Of a stretch of DNA of 64,000 bases, positions 61,703 through 64,000 are shown one piece after another. Position numbers and translations under genes: made by a program. A model generated the notes under the pieces. That model saw nothing but the letters and a program-made list of their open reading frames with translations, made no database searches and had not been told where the DNA came from. Position 1 is the first letter of the stretch; the number at the start of each line of letters is the position of its first letter. The stretch is from Podarcis muralis. Taxonomy: Eukaryota. The stretch lies in the NCBI RefSeq assembly GCF_964188315.1, contig NC_135655.1, positions 113,708,001-113,772,000 on the forward strand, written 5' to 3'.

Positions 61703-62543
61703 AATAAGCACAAATTTGCTTGAGGTTTAGGCAGCCTACTGTTTGAACCCCCACTTGAATTATTTCTTGTTTTGTTAACTTGGATGCATTCTGCTGCTCC
61801 TAAAACCTGTCACACATAATCTAGTACTGATTTCATCCCCCTGTCATATAATAATGTCAAGATCTTAATTGATGCTGTGCGCTTTAAATCTCTGCCCGCT
61901 TCATGATGGATTTTGCAAGACACACAATTATGAGCTCTGTGCTTTGGTAATTGGAACCTTGCCCTCAAAGGCTCTTTTCCCCTCGGTGTTCCTGAAGCTG
62001 CTGAAATAAACTGAAAACATTTAACAAGATGCTTCATTTCTGCACCTTTACACATTTAGATGTTATACTGCTATCAAAGCATGTATTGTATAACTTTATT
62101 ATTTGAACTGAAAACCATGTGAGTGAGATTTTTCTAAGACTTGCTGTCCTGTTTTCTTTTTAACTAAGTTTTATTTATAAAACTTTTTCCTTTTAAACAG
62201 AGAACACCAGTCTATGGAGAATTATGCAGCTAGCTAAAAATTATTCCCTTTTCTGTGGCTGATAGATCCAGCTGCTTTGTTGCTGATCCATTTCTCTTTT
62301 GTCTCAGTATGCTCTGCTCTGAGACTGATAGTCATGGTATTTTATTCAAAACAGTTAGGAAATTTATGTTGCTTTCCTTCAGTTTTTTTAATTTTATTTT
62401 TACTTTTAACTTACAAAATTAGCTGAATATGATGTTGCTTATTCATCCCCCTGTTCATATGATGGCTCATATCTTAGACTTTTGCTGAAGTTTTGACTGT
62501 AAACAGAGATTTCTTTGAAGATGTCGTCATGAAGCCTCCCATT

Positions 62544-62653
62544 ACTTGGAATGAGTTCTGATTTGTTCCACTGAAGAATATTTGTTCCATTGAACTTGAA
62601 CTTGGAAGATTTGTTCTATTGAACTTGGAATGAGTTCTGATTTGTTCCATTGA
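62544..62653. repeat. Complex minisatellite
   Basis: acttggaatgagttctgatttgttcca occurs twice (62544, 62623), with four atttgttc(c/t)a(t/c)tga units overall. Confidence 0.8.
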
Positions 62654-62814
62654 TGCAAATTGAGTTAGATCCAGACACTTCACCTTAATTTGGTTGTGAA
62701 TTGAGCTGCTTGTGTTACGTTGCTAAAAAAGAAATTTATGTAACAGCCTTGAATGTGATTTTGAAATGGCATTAAATTAATGGAAGAGTTGAGTTATTCT
62801 GTACCATGGTACTA

Positions 62815-63055
62815 CAGTGGAACCTCGGTTTTCGAGCGTCTCGGAAGCTGAACGTTTTGGTTTTCGAATGCTGAAAACATGGAAGTAATTGCTTCTGTTT
62901 TCGAACGCATCTCAGAAGTAGAACGGCTTCCGAGGCGCCTTTCTCAATTTTCTCCACTGAAATTGACGATCACCCATTGCGCCTCGGTTGTCAAACGTTT
63001 TGGAAGTCGAATGGTCTTCTGGAACGGATTATGTTTGACAACCAAGCTTCCACTG
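62815..63055. mobile_element. Tc1/mariner-type MITE, family C
   Basis: TIRs cagtggaacctcggtt / aaccaagcttccactg, TA TSDs. Confidence 0.85.
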
Positions 63056-63374
63056 TACACTCCAATTAGAATTCTAAGCATTCTGCATTGACTTAAAATA
63101 GGGATGCAGAACCTGTGTGTTCCAATCCCCATCATCACCTTCAGTTATAAGGAAGATGGAGAAAGTGTCCTCTAAGGATGCAACCTCTATGAGATAAATG
63201 TCAGCACTACCCTGGTAGCATGCTAGAGTCTGCAGTGTTCATCCATCTGGATTCTTTAAATATTACTTCACTCTATAAATGTTGAGGTTGCGCTTTATTT
63301 TTACGCAACCTCGGCAGTGAAGCATTATTTAAAACACTGGGGGTTCACTCCAGTTTTATGTTACTGAATGCCGC

Positions 63375-63455
63375 CTCCATGGCAGCCATTGTGATTGGTG
63401 CCCCCAGCACTCCTAAAATGTTCTTACTAGTCCAAAAAGGCTGGCAACCCCTGCT
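63375..63455 (-). mobile_element. hAT-type element terminus
   Basis: The rc reads cagggg..gccagcctttttggactagt..., related to aacctttttggaccagtggg at about 43575. Confidence 0.45.
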
Positions 63456-64000
63456 CTACAATCTGCATTGGTTTACAATTCTCAATCTCGAGACTCAATA
63501 CTAAGCGTTTATATATAAGACCTTTCAAAGTTCTAAATAACCATAAGAAGAAACTCTCTGCTTCTTTGAGTTCCCCTGCAATTAGATGTTTTCAGCAATG
63601 GAATCTGTCATTTTGAACAGTCTCCCGTGAGAAATTTACCTGGCCCCTTTGCAGTCAGTTTGGATGATATCTTTTGGCCTGTTGCATGGAGGAGAGTGAG
63701 AGCACACTGCCCTTCCTGGTGTAGCAGTCTCCATCCTCACATTGCATGTTCACATGGGGGACAGCATGTCAAGACCTTTTTTTCAAGTGGGTCAACTTCA
63801 TAAGTAAGGGACATAGAGTTGGGGGCACAGAGCAGGTGTAAGGTGTTGGAGGACAGAGCTTGGTGTACAATGCAATCTGCCTCATGCCTTCTTATCTAGC
63901 ATGATGCCCCCAAGTTCAATGGAAGATGCTGTCCTTCAAGATTCAGCTGCCAACCTCATCAGCTTGTGTATGTGGAATGGAAAGGTGTCATCTTGCCCTT

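Overview
Eukaryotic genomic DNA from a squamate reptile. The Sauria SINE variants and MITE families point to a lacertid lizard; this is inference, not a database match. The window holds the 5' part of PDE11A (dual cAMP/cGMP phosphodiesterase 11A, long PDE11A4-type form) on the + strand. A GC/CpG-rich promoter and first exon are followed by five coding exons: 1378-2199, 30808-30966, 54919-55008, 56188-56328 and 60425-60489. These give 425 codons plus 2 nt, covering the N-terminus, GAF-A and the start of GAF-B. All introns are GT-AG (28,608, 23,952, 1,179 and 4,096 nt) and the gene continues beyond the window. The introns are dense with transposon debris: two Sauria SINE subfamilies, older tRNA-derived SINEs, BovB/RTE, L1, L2 and CR1 fragments, solo LTRs, and Tc1/mariner-type (TA TSD) and hAT-type (8-bp TSD) MITEs, several of them nested. 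I found no intact autonomous element, RNA gene or CRISPR array, and no clearly new multi-gene system. The best leads concern control of PDE11A itself: a 29-nt stop-containing micro-exon with near-consensus splice sites, a read-through/intronic polyadenylation option after exon 1, a uORF plus in-frame GTG start, a 13-residue gap in the conserved N-terminal motif, and recursive-splice-like sites. There is also a small inversion with a template-switch signature. Comparisons with human PDE11A rely on my recall of that protein and need checking by alignment.
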